64,000 bases of DNA from a virus. Every line of letters begins with the position of its first letter. Position 1 is the first letter of the stretch. Location of the stretch: positions 39,738 through 103,737 of the IMG/VR virus record IMGVR_UViG_3300005264_000005. One strand, 5' to 3'. A program made the position numbers and the translations under genes. The notes under the pieces are model-generated. The model searched no databases. It saw only the letters and a list, made by a program, of their open reading frames with translations, and had not been told where the DNA came from. Shown here one piece after another: positions 31,195-40,778 of the stretch.

Positions 31195-32928
31195 CTACCA
31201 CAATCCAGTATTAGCACGAATTTCATCAAGACTATAGCTTACAGCTTGAACCTTATCGCCATAAACAGGAACAAGTACCTCAGTCCACTCTTCTCCAAGT
31301 GCTCTGTGGGTAGCCAATTCATTGTCAGAATATGTTTTCATTATGCCAAACATATCTTGATACAAGCTTAATCTTCCACGCTTAGACTGCTTAGTCATAT
31401 CAGTTTCTGGCTGCTTATATACTTCAATACCAGTGCCTTCAACTTCAATGTAACAGCATTTCATAGCAAACTGTAATATATCACGATCTACTTTCTGAAG
31501 CAGTCCTCCGCCAGAGCCAAATACAACATTAGTGACACAGAAGCCAGCAGTCTTAATTGCTTCTAAGACTTCAATAAGCTTAGCTTCATCAATGCCATCT
31601 CCTTGAATAACACGAACACAATTAGGTAGAACCCAATAGCCTTTTTCATTCTCAATCCCACCAAAATATTTCTTAAGCTCATTTAGGCAGAACAATACAG
31701 ACTCAACTGGATCACCACTGTCAGGACGAGTAACCCATCGACCACCCCAATCTAAAATACGCTGCTTCATTTTAGTGCCAAGATATTCAATATGCTTTTT
31801 CATACTATAAGAATCATTAACACAAGCAATAATCTTAGCATCCCAATATTGGGTCAAAGTACGTTCCATTACATCAAACTCACCATTGCATCCACGAGCA
31901 GTCATAACGCTGTGCTCTGTAGCTACAATACTATATCCAGCACACCCTTCGCTAATACCATATACTTCTTCTGCAAAAATAGCAGCCTCAACATTATCAG
32001 TACCAAGGAAGTTGAATAAATGACCAAGACCACCAAGTTCAGCTGAAGTATCAGAACTTACGCCTCTAGCGCCAAAGTCGTGCAATGCAAACGGAATCCA
32101 AGCTACAAAATCTTCTTCAGTAGCAGTCTCTTTGCTTGCCGCCATTAAATGCTTTTTCTGCATGTAGGAATTAGTTGCAACGGTTGCAGGATACCATATC
32201 GCTCGTAAAATCACGGTCTCAAGAAATGAAACAATGCTTGCACACTTAGGATCATCACATTCAACAGTGACAATAACATTACCTTCAGGAATACATTGTA
32301 TTCGACCAGAGTCGTTAATTCTGGCCCGCAGCATTACCTGCAGCTTATGCTTTCACATAAGATTAGACTATATCAAGCTCTTCAACATTATTTGTTAAGA
32401 GCCTCTCCATTTCCACTCACTTGAATGTACTCCCTCGCGGGATAGTCGTTGAACGTTCTATTTAAAAGTTATCACTCCGTGGAGTCTCTAAATAGCTTCG
32501 CTGCTGATCACCATATCTTTACAGACTTAGGCTTCCCAGCAATTAAAAGAGTTTCGACATGACATTTCTGTCATGAAGGGCTATTAATTAACCATTCCTT
32601 CAGGCACAGCTTTAATGGTGATAGGAATATATCCACTATATTCCTTAATGATATACTCAAAGATACCTCGCATCTTCCTATCAAACAAATCAAAACCATA
32701 GTGTCTCTTAAAAAACCGTGATGCGTATTCTACATCAGCTTGAGTTATTGGCTTCAACAAGTAATCAGAAATAAATGCTTTAATGCCAGCTACCTGAACA
32801 AACTTCCACTTACCACCAGCTCGTGCTTCAACATAATCAAACATAAGATTCATATTATCATCATAAATAAGTGCATGAGATGGCTTATAGCTATCGGTTT
32901 TTGTGCATAAATTTTTTCTGTTATACAT
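31195..32928 (-). CDS. nadV: nicotinamide phosphoribosyltransferase, spliced (exon1 32928-32591, exon2 32293-31195; 478 aa)
   Basis: TDSYKPSH, HDFGARG, ATEHS, RPDSGDP, IQGDG, FGSGGGLLQ; splicing restores AVPEGMVIPEGN. Confidence 0.9.
32294..32590 (-). mobile_element. group I intron without ORF (297 nt) in nadV
   Basis: P1 GGT/GCC, P10 AATA/TATT, same core blocks as the phoH intron, terminal G. Confidence 0.88.
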
Positions 32929-32947
32929 AACGAAGCTCCTTCGTCTA

Positions 32948-33901
32948 TTAGTTATTTTTCTTATCTTTCATCCATTTTTGAACATACCAAAGCTGACCAC
33001 ATCCTCCGCCAATATCATCTTGACCAGCAGGATCAAAAGCTCTAACATTATATCCCTTTTTAACAAAATGCTCAACTACACCGCTAATTGCACTTGTCTC
33101 CAAGTCTTTACTCAGAGTATCTTTAACTTTACCATCTTCGTTTTCGCAAATAACAGAAAAGGTAAGAGCAAAAGGAATTGGAGAAAATATTTCAGCAATA
33201 CGATTCTTCGACCAGCGAGAAAGGCCATCTTCATTAATACAGAAATTGAGATAAACCTGCCTACCAGTAGCTTTCCACCACATAAGACCAGCATCTCTAA
33301 GCTTAAGCAAGTCCATTCTTTTGTCAAACGGAATAAGGATATCTCGCTTATACTCAGATATAGCATGAACTGAGAATTGTAAGCCAATCTTATCAATCTC
33401 TTTGCTTAGTTTGATAATCTTACCGAACACCTCATCGTCATCAACGCCCATCGTAGAAATTAATAAATCAGCATTAGAGTAACATAAATTTAATGCTTTA
33501 ATTGAACGTTCAACATTATGCCAATTCAACATTGGCTCACCCATACTCATAAACATAATTTGTAGTTTATTACAATCTAAGTTTAGGCAGCCATCATGGG
33601 ACAAGTCAGGTATTTCTGAGTAAATCTCTCGCTCGATTTGCTCAATAACATACTCAACTTGCTCTGTAATCTCACCAGAAGTAAGATTACGTATAAACTT
33701 CTTACCAGTACCGCAGAACACACATCCAACAGGACATCCACACTGAGTAGAGATACAGAGAACCGTACGCTTGGTATAAGAGCCATATTTATACAATACA
33801 GCTTCTACACAAGCATCATTTTTTTCAAATACAAATTTCTTTACATCAGGATTCTCACCTTCAAAAACTTGTACATTATTCCAGTGCCGCAAATTAAACA
33901 T
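32948..33901 (-). CDS. RlmN/Cfr-family radical SAM RNA methyltransferase
   Basis: CISTQCGCPVGCVFC, MSMGEP, DIGGGCGQL. Confidence 0.8.
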   Translation of the reverse strand: MFNLRHWNNVQVFEGENPDVKKFVFEKNDACVEAVLYKYGSYTKRTVLCISTQCGCPVGCVFCGTGKKFIRNLTSGEITEQVEYVIEQIEREIYSEIPDLSHDGCLNLDCNKLQIMFMSMGEPMLNWHNVERSIKALNLCYSNADLLISTMGVDDDEVFGKIIKLSKEIDKIGLQFSVHAISEYKRDILIPFDKRMDLLKLRDAGLMWWKATGRQVYLNFCINEDGLSRWSKNRIAEIFSPIPFALTFSVICENEDGKVKDTLSKDLETSAISGVVEHFVKKGYNVRAFDPAGQDDIGGGCGQLWYVQKWMKDKKNN

Positions 33902-33902
33902 A

Positions 33903-35162
33903 CTAGATTCTCCCAGTCATATTGATAATGATATCAGCATGATCACTAAAGATCTTACCATCTTCAGACATCTGCTCAATCTCATACAAAGGAATCCATT
34001 GTGCATGTACTGCATCATCAGAACCCTTTACCTTGCTTAAGCCAGAAGCGCGAGATGGTAATTCAATAAGAAAGCCATGAGTAACAATGCGGCCACGAAG
34101 GTCACGATCAGGACTATCAAACACGCAAGTCTTTGCTTTCTTAAATAAATCAAGCAACATAGCTGGAGGTACATCAATCTTTGTTTCTTCTACCAGCTCA
34201 CGCTTAGCTGCACCACGAACAGTTTCCCTTTTAGATGCATCTAGAAATCCACCAGGCAGAGCCCATTGGCCATTACCTGGCTGACCACCACGTTGAATCA
34301 TTAAGATATGTCCAGACTCAATCATCACTGCATCAGTAGTAACGAACGTAGGATCATAAGGTACACGCTTTGTCTCAGAGAGACGCTCAATAATCAAGCT
34401 AAGCTCATCAGCCTTGAGATTGAACCCAGGAATCTTATCTTCTGCATATTTAGCAGCAACTTTAATGCCATTTACAATCTCAGCCATTCTGTCAGCCTCA
34501 ATATCGTCAGTACTATATCCATGCCACGTTCTCTTATACTCTTCTATAAATTTGCCTTCTTCGTACAGACGTTTAAACTCATCAGTCATGCGCCATGCTA
34601 ATAGATAGTTCATCACACTAGTAGGCAGAGAATCTCTACAAATAAGCTCAAACTCACCACTATCAGTATTAGAAAAATAACTTGATCGAATATTAGAGGC
34701 ACTCATATCACCATAAGCCTCTACTTCAACATACTTCCATTGTGGAAACATATCTAGATAGAAACTAGTGGAATCCTTCTTATGTCCAATCAAGGCTACA
34801 TTGAAGCCAGATATATATGCACCACCTTCTTTATGTCCAGTATATAATTCTCGAGCTACAACTAAACCTACTTGCTTAACCCAGTGTTGATCATTGTAAG
34901 CATAGTCAGATATACCAATTATCTTAAATCGACCAACTAACTCTGGAACACACTCTTCAATAGCGAGATTAATCATAATCTCTCTTTCATCCAGTCTCCA
35001 TGGATTCTTGATAGAGCGTGCGCGATTACGTGAACCACAAAGGATAATTACTTCTTTTCCAAGCTTAGCAGCTTCCCTAAGAATATGCATGTGTCCAAAG
35101 TGTGGACCTTCAAGTCTGCCGATAAATACTATTTTATCATATTTCTTTACTGTGTTTTCCAT
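33903..35162 (-). CDS. bifunctional NMN adenylyltransferase / Nudix ADP-ribose pyrophosphatase (NadM-Nudix)
   Basis: GR...PHFGH, KNPW, GHKKD, SASNIR; Nudix ALPGGF...RELVEET. Confidence 0.9.
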   Translation of the reverse strand: MENTVKKYDKIVFIGRLEGPHFGHMHILREAAKLGKEVIILCGSRNRARSIKNPWRLDEREIMINLAIEECVPELVGRFKIIGISDYAYNDQHWVKQVGLVVARELYTGHKEGGAYISGFNVALIGHKKDSTSFYLDMFPQWKYVEVEAYGDMSASNIRSSYFSNTDSGEFELICRDSLPTSVMNYLLAWRMTDEFKRLYEEGKFIEEYKRTWHGYSTDDIEADRMAEIVNGIKVAAKYAEDKIPGFNLKADELSLIIERLSETKRVPYDPTFVTTDAVMIESGHILMIQRGGQPGNGQWALPGGFLDASKRETVRGAAKRELVEETKIDVPPAMLLDLFKKAKTCVFDSPDRDLRGRIVTHGFLIELPSRASGLSKVKGSDDAVHAQWIPLYEIEQMSEDGKIFSDHADIIINMTGRI

Positions 35163-35503
35163 TGGAGCTCCTCCAAATAAGGATTATAAATAAAAAAAGA
35201 GGCACCACATCGGCACCTCTTTAATTAATCTTCACTAAAGAAGGACTGTAGCTTTTCAATAAACTTAGCACCACGTTCATTTGTTGCTTTTAAATCAAAA
35301 GCAACCTCCATGGCCTTGTGTTTCTTTACTTGCAACTTGTCTTCTTCTAACTTAAGCTTCAAGGCTTCAGTTTCCATAATATCGTTATTCTTCTGAATGC
35401 CTTTTTTAATCTTCTTTTCTGCTTCATCAAACATGCTTAGCGCAGATTCAATATCGGCATTACCATTCTTGGCCATAATAAAATTCTTTTCTTAAAAGGT
35501 TAA

Positions 35504-35580
35504 TGGAAAGGAAGATCGGACTTGAACCGATAACCACTAGACTCAAAATCTAGTGCTCTAGCCAATTGAGCTACTCCCCT
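35504..35580 (-). tRNA. tRNA-Gln(TTG)
   Basis: CTAGA-TTTTGAG-TCTAG, canonical D and T arms, CCA. Confidence 0.85.
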
Positions 35581-35718
35581 TCACTGAAATATTAATAAGG
35601 TACGACTACTGAACCATTGTTCTTATTCGCATTAGCTCTATCTCGATAAGATTCAAATTGAGGTATCGTAACAGCTACAAAGATACCAATAATAGCCACT
35701 ACACTAAGGAGCTTAAAA

Positions 35719-35861
35719 TACACAAGGAAAGAGCGAAAACGGGAACGTATCCCCTCGGTGGCTCACCAAGCATGGGGGATACAACATTAAGGGAATCGAA
35801 CCCTACGCGATTATATGTCTATTATAAGTATGAAGTATCCGTCTTCTATCACCATTATGTA
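35719..35861 (-). ncRNA. Y-RNA-like element with T arm
   Basis: AATGGTGATAGA..TACTTC / TCGCTCTTTCCTTG stem; GGGTTCGATTCCC inside. Confidence 0.65.
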
Positions 35862-35885
35862 AACTTTATCTAAAGCAATTTCTTA

Positions 35886-36077
35886 TTAATTTCTAAATAT
35901 CACTAAGTGTAATATAAGTAATATAAAAGCTACTGTAAGGCCAATAGAAACTGAAATCCATATTGGCGCCAATACCCAAACCCATGACCACTCAATAATC
36001 CCCATAAGCTTAAGCGTAACAAAAACAATAGTAAGTAAGCCAAAAAATCCAATACCATTACTACTTGAACTAGACAT
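35886..36077 (-). CDS. small membrane protein
   Basis: LKLMGIIEWSWVWVLAPIW, a common phage membrane-protein motif. Confidence 0.7.
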   Translation of the reverse strand: MSSSSSNGIGFFGLLTIVFVTLKLMGIIEWSWVWVLAPIWISVSIGLTVAFILLILHLVIFRN

Positions 36078-36096
36078 AAAGTCTCCTTAAAATTAT

Positions 36097-36172
36097 TGGT
36101 CCACTCTCCTGGTTTCGATCCAGACTCTTCGGTTCTTTAAACCGACGCTTTCACCAGATTAGCTTAGAGCGG
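36097..36172 (-). tRNA. tRNA-Phe with AAA anticodon
   Basis: TCGGT-TTAAAGA-ACCGA; acceptor CCGCTCT/AGAGTGG, CCA. Confidence 0.7.
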
Positions 36173-36188
36173 ATGTTAAAAATTATAG

Positions 36189-36262
36189 TCGATGCGGAAA
36201 GACTTGAACCTTCGACCCTCGGGGTAAAAACCCGATACTCTAGCCAACTGAGTTACGCACCG
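36189..36262 (-). tRNA. tRNA-Lys(TTT)
   Basis: TCGGG-TTTTTAC-CCCGA; CTA in place of CCA. Confidence 0.85.
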
Positions 36263-36269
36263 ATAATAT

Positions 36270-36752
36270 TTACAAAATACTTAATGCGCCAGCATGAACT
36301 TTTCTATGACAATTCGAGCATAGAAGAATACATTTTGACATTTCTTTCTCAATAGACTCCCAAGATTTTCTAGTAGTCATCATGGCACTAATAAGGTGCT
36401 CTTTATCTTTCATGTGATGAAAATCAAGGCATCCAGCAAAGTTCTCTCTACACAATAAGCATCCATTACTCTCTTTATGCTCATGTAATTTCTGCCTAAT
36501 GTATTGTCCATGTTTTTTATTCCTCTCACAGGTTGCTTGCTTATGCTTACCTGTATTATCAGCATAATACTTACGAGAGTTTTCCTTAGAGCATTCACGA
36601 CAGATAGTATTATATCCATCCTTCTTACTTTTATTTTTGTTGAAACTACCAATTGGTAGTTCCTGTTTATATTCACCAGTGCATTTTTTATCATTACTAA
36701 CCTCCAAAGATTGACTTTGAATGTTAATAGCTGACTTAAAAGCATTGCGCAC
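36270..36752 (-). CDS. free-standing HNH endonuclease in the tRNA array
   Basis: CREC, CLLC...LDFHH...C.LLCSNCHR..H; start uncertain. Confidence 0.75.
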   Translation of the reverse strand: MRNAFKSAINIQSQSLEVSNDKKCTGEYKQELPIGSFNKNKSKKDGYNTICRECSKENSRKYYADNTGKHKQATCERNKKHGQYIRQKLHEHKESNGCLLCRENFAGCLDFHHMKDKEHLISAMMTTRKSWESIEKEMSKCILLCSNCHRKVHAGALSIL

Positions 36753-36765
36753 ATGAAATTATAAT

Positions 36766-36901
36766 ACTAGGGTACAGGCAATAAGAGGCTTTGGAATAAC
36801 TACTCTACCATTGAGCTACGCCCAAGGGCTGCTTGGGACGACAGGGCTCGAACCTGCGACACGTTATGGGATATGAAGTATCTCTTACTTACACCACTAG
36901 T
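36766..36901 (-). ncRNA. YrlA-like Y RNA
   Basis: closing stem ACTAGTGGTGTA../..TGTACCCTAGT enclosing T arm, closed acceptor stem and D arm in permuted order. Confidence 0.75.
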
Positions 36902-37236
36902 AATTTTGTTAAATATTTTCTGGCTTAAATGAATATATTTTTATTTCTTTTTGTAAAAAGGATTCTTAAAAACAATCTCATGCTTATATTTCTGATATAA
37001 TAGATTCATACCATAGAAGAACCAGATAATAATCATTGCAACAAAAGATACAAAGCCCATAGCAATCAACCCTATAGATATGTACGCCATCTCACCACAT
37101 CCAAAGATATCATCTAATGTAATCTCTTCACCAAAGTTATATTCAGTTAATTTCATTATAATAGCTAGAGCTGCTGCCCCTAATCCAAACATTAACCATA
37201 ATACAAGTCCCATACTATAACCTTTCAAAAGTAGAC

Positions 37237-37364
37237 ATAAGGTACAAACGATAACACAAAGTTTAGTGCTCTACCTGCTGAGCTACAAGAGCCATGCTCC
37301 TGACAGGACTCGAACCTGCGACCACTCGTTTACAAGACGAAGTAAGTGTTATCTACACCATTAT
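37237..37364 (-). ncRNA. YrlA-like Y RNA
   Basis: ATAATGGTGTAGATAACACTTACTTC, Thr(TGT)-like arm, T arm, closed acceptor, D arm, GTGTTATCGTTTGTACCTTAT. Confidence 0.75.
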
Positions 37365-37421
37365 ATCATTTCATTATTATGTTGAGGCTGGAATCAAACC
37401 AGCACACTTCAGTTATTATTT

Positions 37422-37503
37422 TGGCAGATAACGTAGGAGTTGAACCTATTAGCGCTAGGTTTGGAATCTAGTGAAAGACCGTCTTTCATTAGCTTCGTTA
37501 TCT
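37422..37503 (-). tRNA. tRNA-Trp(CCA), atypical D arm
   Basis: CTAGA-TTCCAAA-CCTAG; AGATAAC/GTTATCT acceptor, CCA. Confidence 0.6.
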
Positions 37504-37598
37504 ATAATACAATTAGTCTGGGCCGAGACTTCTTAATATGCCTAAGCACACTCTTTATAAGCGTATCTTAAACCACTAGCGACAAACAGACTTAAATT

Positions 37599-37674
37599 TG
37601 GTAGGGGCAGATGGATTCAAACCATCAACCTAAGTGTTATCAACACTTTGCTCTATCAACTGAGCTATGCCCCT
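37599..37674 (-). tRNA. tRNA-Ile(GAT)
   Basis: AAGTG-TTGATAA-CACTT, CCA. Confidence 0.85.
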
Positions 37675-37680
37675 ATAACA

Positions 37681-37827
37681 TGTAAACAACAGGCCTCGAA
37701 CCTGTATCCCTGAACCTAATATCACCTCTACTAACAAGTCTACGAAGTTAATCTAACTTCCCAATAACTTGCTTTCATGAGCAATGTACGAATAATTGCG
37801 TCTTTAGCCTACTTAAGCTATGTTTAC
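37681..37827 (-). ncRNA. tRNA-like RNA with expanded anticodon region
   Basis: GTAAACA/TGTTTAC acceptor, D-like arm, ACAGGTTCGAGGCCTGT T arm, about 90 nt interior. Confidence 0.45.
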
Positions 37828-37843
37828 ATCCTATTTTGTGAAA

Positions 37844-37928
37844 TGGTGGCGTGTACTGGACTCGAACCAGTGAATCCCGAAGGAGGAAAATTTACAGTCT
37901 TCTGCAATTGCCGCTATGCGAACTCGCC
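37844..37928 (-). tRNA. tRNA-Tyr(GTA)
   Basis: GAAGA-CTGTAAA-TTTTC, variable arm, CCA. Confidence 0.85.
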
Positions 37929-38097
37929 ATAATACATAAGATTGCCATAAGCACTATTAGTTACTAGTATAATAGCTCTGAAAGTACGGTGCCAGAATGT
38001 GTAATGAGGAAGCAACTCCTCGTTGGGCTCTAGGGGCACTTATTCTCTACGTCTGATTTCGATATCACATTAGAGAGCGTCTTGACAATCTTAAATT

Positions 38098-38187
38098 TGG
38101 TAGCAGTAGCAGGATTCGAACCTGCGAGGACCGTTAAGTCCGCTGGATTATGAGCCCAGAGAGATGACCTGACTTCTCAATACTGCA
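38098..38187 (-). tRNA. tRNA-Met(CAT), initiator-like, with long variable arm
   Basis: CTGGG-CTCATAA-TCCAG; 1:72 mismatch; CCA. Confidence 0.7.
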
Positions 38188-38288
38188 TCAATATATATAA
38201 ATAAATTTTGTGCTTAATTTTGTGTTTAAAGGGTAGCGTGGGGAAAGATCACCTTCTTTCCCCACAATTCTCATCAGTAATGTATATG

Positions 38289-38384
38289 ATTGATTTTAAT
38301 ATCAATTGCGTCTACCAATTCCGCCACCGGCTCATAAAGAATATTTAAAACTTGTATGGTGAGCCAGGCAGGACTTGAACCTGC
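38289..38384 (-). ncRNA. circularly permuted tRNA-Leu-like element
   Basis: T arm, CTGGCTC-A-CCA, spacer, GAGCCGG, Leu-type D arm TGGCGGAATTGGTAGACGC. Confidence 0.6.
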
Positions 38385-38444
38385 AAAATACTAGTTAGAT
38401 GTTGGCTTAATTTTCTTTCATCGAGTACCTTATTTTAAGCTGAA

Positions 38445-38550
38445 AACCTATACTCTTCCGCTGAGTTACATGCCAGCAAATCAATATACGAATATTAAAC
38501 TCATATACTCATTGGTTGGCATGAGGGGACTCGAACCCCCGACATAGGTT
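38445..38550 (-). ncRNA. circularly permuted tRNA-like element
   Basis: AACCTA, T arm, CATGCCA-A-CCA, spacer, TGGCATG, D arm, TAGGTT. Confidence 0.6.
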
Positions 38551-38702
38551 GCATGTGGCTTGAAGCCACAAAAAGTACCAATTACTAGACAAATTATCAA
38601 TGCCTAAAGCTACAGAGCAATATGATAACACTAAATGATAGAGGCCATTATTGGCTTATCAAGTTACAACAACGATAAAGATAACGCTAGCTCTATATTT
38701 AA

Positions 38703-39449
38703 TTATCCTAAGATAAAGTTTACTAATTTCTTACCAATATTTACTTTCAGGACCTCAACATTATTAGCACGTTGACGAGCCTGCTTAACTGCACGAATTA
38801 AAGCATCAACACGACCAAGCATATCAGACTTATCGCTAGGCGTTTTCATTGAGCAAGTACTTGTTTCAACATACTTACCAACGTTACGAACATCATCAAC
38901 CATTTTTACTTGAGCAGGATGCTCTTTGGTTGCTTCATAAATAACAAGAGGCTTAACTTCCTTGATAGCACGGATACGCTCAACTGCATTCTTAGTACGG
39001 AATACACCTTTACCAGCAGCAGGATCAAGTTCCCATGCAATACCAGGAGCTAATGTAGGCACTGAGAGAATGATAGCTCGATAGTCTTTCAATTTAGCCT
39101 CAAGGCCTAACAAGAACGTAGCTGGTACATCAGTTGCAATAACATTACCATCAATAACGATATCAGACTTAGCAACTTGATTAGTTGCTTCTTTCTGGAG
39201 TACAACATCAAGATAGTTAACAATAGAATCGAATGTATATACAAGCTTATCATCTACAGTTGTAACTAACTCTGACGTTTCGCCAGGCATTTCATTTTCC
39301 TTGCCATCTATAAATGGTACATATGTTTTCACGAAGCCCTTAAAGTGCTCTGGCTTCTTTGTAAAAACACCAACTGTTTCGTTTACTACAAGCTTAGTAG
39401 CGCCTTGAAGATTACCTTCTACTGCTAAAATTTCATGTAACTTTGACAT
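38703..39449 (-). CDS. conserved-looking hypothetical protein upstream of the permuted tRNA-like RNAs
   Basis: 248 aa, KLHEILAVE...ATKEHPAQV...AVKQARQRAN. Confidence 0.7.
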   Translation of the reverse strand: MSKLHEILAVEGNLQGATKLVVNETVGVFTKKPEHFKGFVKTYVPFIDGKENEMPGETSELVTTVDDKLVYTFDSIVNYLDVVLQKEATNQVAKSDIVIDGNVIATDVPATFLLGLEAKLKDYRAIILSVPTLAPGIAWELDPAAGKGVFRTKNAVERIRAIKEVKPLVIYEATKEHPAQVKMVDDVRNVGKYVETSTCSMKTPSDKSDMLGRVDALIRAVKQARQRANNVEVLKVNIGKKLVNFILG

Positions 39450-39915
39450 AATAAAACCTTTCTAAAAGTGTATTTAAATTAAGTTAACCTCTTGTTGGCG
39501 CATCAAACAAGTTGGAATATTTATGTAACCAAGTTTGAATAGTAAGCCTACTGACTCCAGTATCTTCAATAGCTCTAATCATATAGCTAAATAGTGTACC
39601 ATTTTTCTGGCCTCGACCAGGCTTGCTAACGATAGCATTTATTTCGTCTAACTCTTCTTGAGTAGTACCATTTATGCCTACTATTCTTTGAGAAAAAGTA
39701 AACGCTGATTTGTTTTTAGCTGCACTACATAATTCCATAGCTAAAACCCTGCGTGCCTCATATCCATATTGAGCGCCAAAAGTTGGCTTGTTTGGGATTT
39801 CATTTATTTGCTTAGTATGAACAGCAGAACAATCTTCAAGGGCTTGCCTAAATGCAATACTCGGTTGCATAATGCCTCCAATAAAATGTTTAAGAATTAA
39901 TTACTACAAAAATAA

Positions 39916-39994
39916 TGGAGCAGGCAGGGAGAGTCAAACTCCTTATTTACAGCTTGGAAGGCTGCTTCCTGATATCCTCAGGTTAACTACCTGC
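39916..39994 (-). tRNA. tRNA-Gly(TCC), atypical D arm
   Basis: GCAGC-CTTCCAA-GCTGT; U discriminator, CCA. Confidence 0.65.
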
Positions 39995-40014
39995 TTACTA
40001 AAAAACTTTAAATG

Positions 40015-40087
40015 CCTAAGAGTTGGGATTGCACCCACGACCTCTGCTTAGAATAGCAGTGTTCTCTCATTGCTGAACTATCTTAGG
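40015..40087 (-). pseudogene. degenerate tRNA (anticodon unclear, Arg-TCT-like)
   Basis: acceptor, D and T-like arms present; 6-nt anticodon loop, no CCA. Confidence 0.4.
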
Positions 40088-40241
40088 ACTTTTTAAAATG
40101 GCGGTCTACTTTTTTGAACTACTAGACCATATCATACAAGGAATTTAGGTTTTTAACGTGGGGATATTCCTACCACCACAACATACTACATATTTGGTAA
40201 CTCAGGAGCTGGCATCCAATCCATAAATTACCTTTCTAAAA

Positions 40242-40319
40242 TGGTACGCCTTGCAGGATTCGAACCTGCGGCATTTGGAGTAGAAATCCAATACTCTGAT
40301 CCAGCTGAGTTAAAGGCGT
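40242..40319 (-). tRNA. tRNA-Arg(TCT)
   Basis: TTGGA-TTTCTAC-TCCAA, CCA. Confidence 0.85.
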
Positions 40320-40686
40320 ATAAATTCTAGGGAGGTATTTATATACCGTTCCTCCCGAACGGAACATAGCTTTAAGTATAAGAGCTGGTCGTTACCCCGC
40401 AGGGCTTGCCTAGTGTCTTCTCTTGTAGTTGCTACCGCGAATAGCATCCTCACCCCATCTCAGAGAACCTACCTTAAAACTATAATCTATATCAGCCACA
40501 CTGGTTAAGCATGTAAAGCCTAAGAGTACCACTCTTACTGGCCTACTGATAAATTTTGGCTCCAAAAGAAAGACTTGCCGCTATTAACAGCTATGCCTAA
40601 CTAAGGAGCTAAAATGATATTATCAAATAATATCAAATAAAATTTCGTTTATCCACTTAACCATTACTTACTCCTTAATTTAAAAG

Positions 40687-40778
40687 CCTGAGAACAAACA
40701 ATAACAGTATATTTGTTCTGGGTCATGCCCAGAAAGTATTCGCAGAATGAATGAAGTAACTGTTATCTACACTACAGG
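40687..40778 (-). ncRNA. short Y-RNA-like element without tRNA module
   Basis: CCTGTAGTGTAGATAACAGTTACTTC / ACTGTTATTGTTTGTTCTCAGG. Confidence 0.65.

Noticed and set aside
35595-35710. Possible eighth Y-RNA-like element
   Set aside because: Only a partial 3' strand resemblance; TACTTC and the closing stem are missing
37515-37592. tRNA-sized element closed by AGTCTG/CAGACT
   Set aside because: No recognisable T loop, anticodon arm or CCA
40015-40087. Amber suppressor tRNA (CTA) and alternative genetic code
   Set aside because: Anticodon loop geometry does not centre CTA; genes end normally at TAG, TGA and TAA
40430-40470. TTCTCTGAGATG resembling the start of E. coli 6S RNA
   Set aside because: Only a 12-nt match with no complementary 3' end
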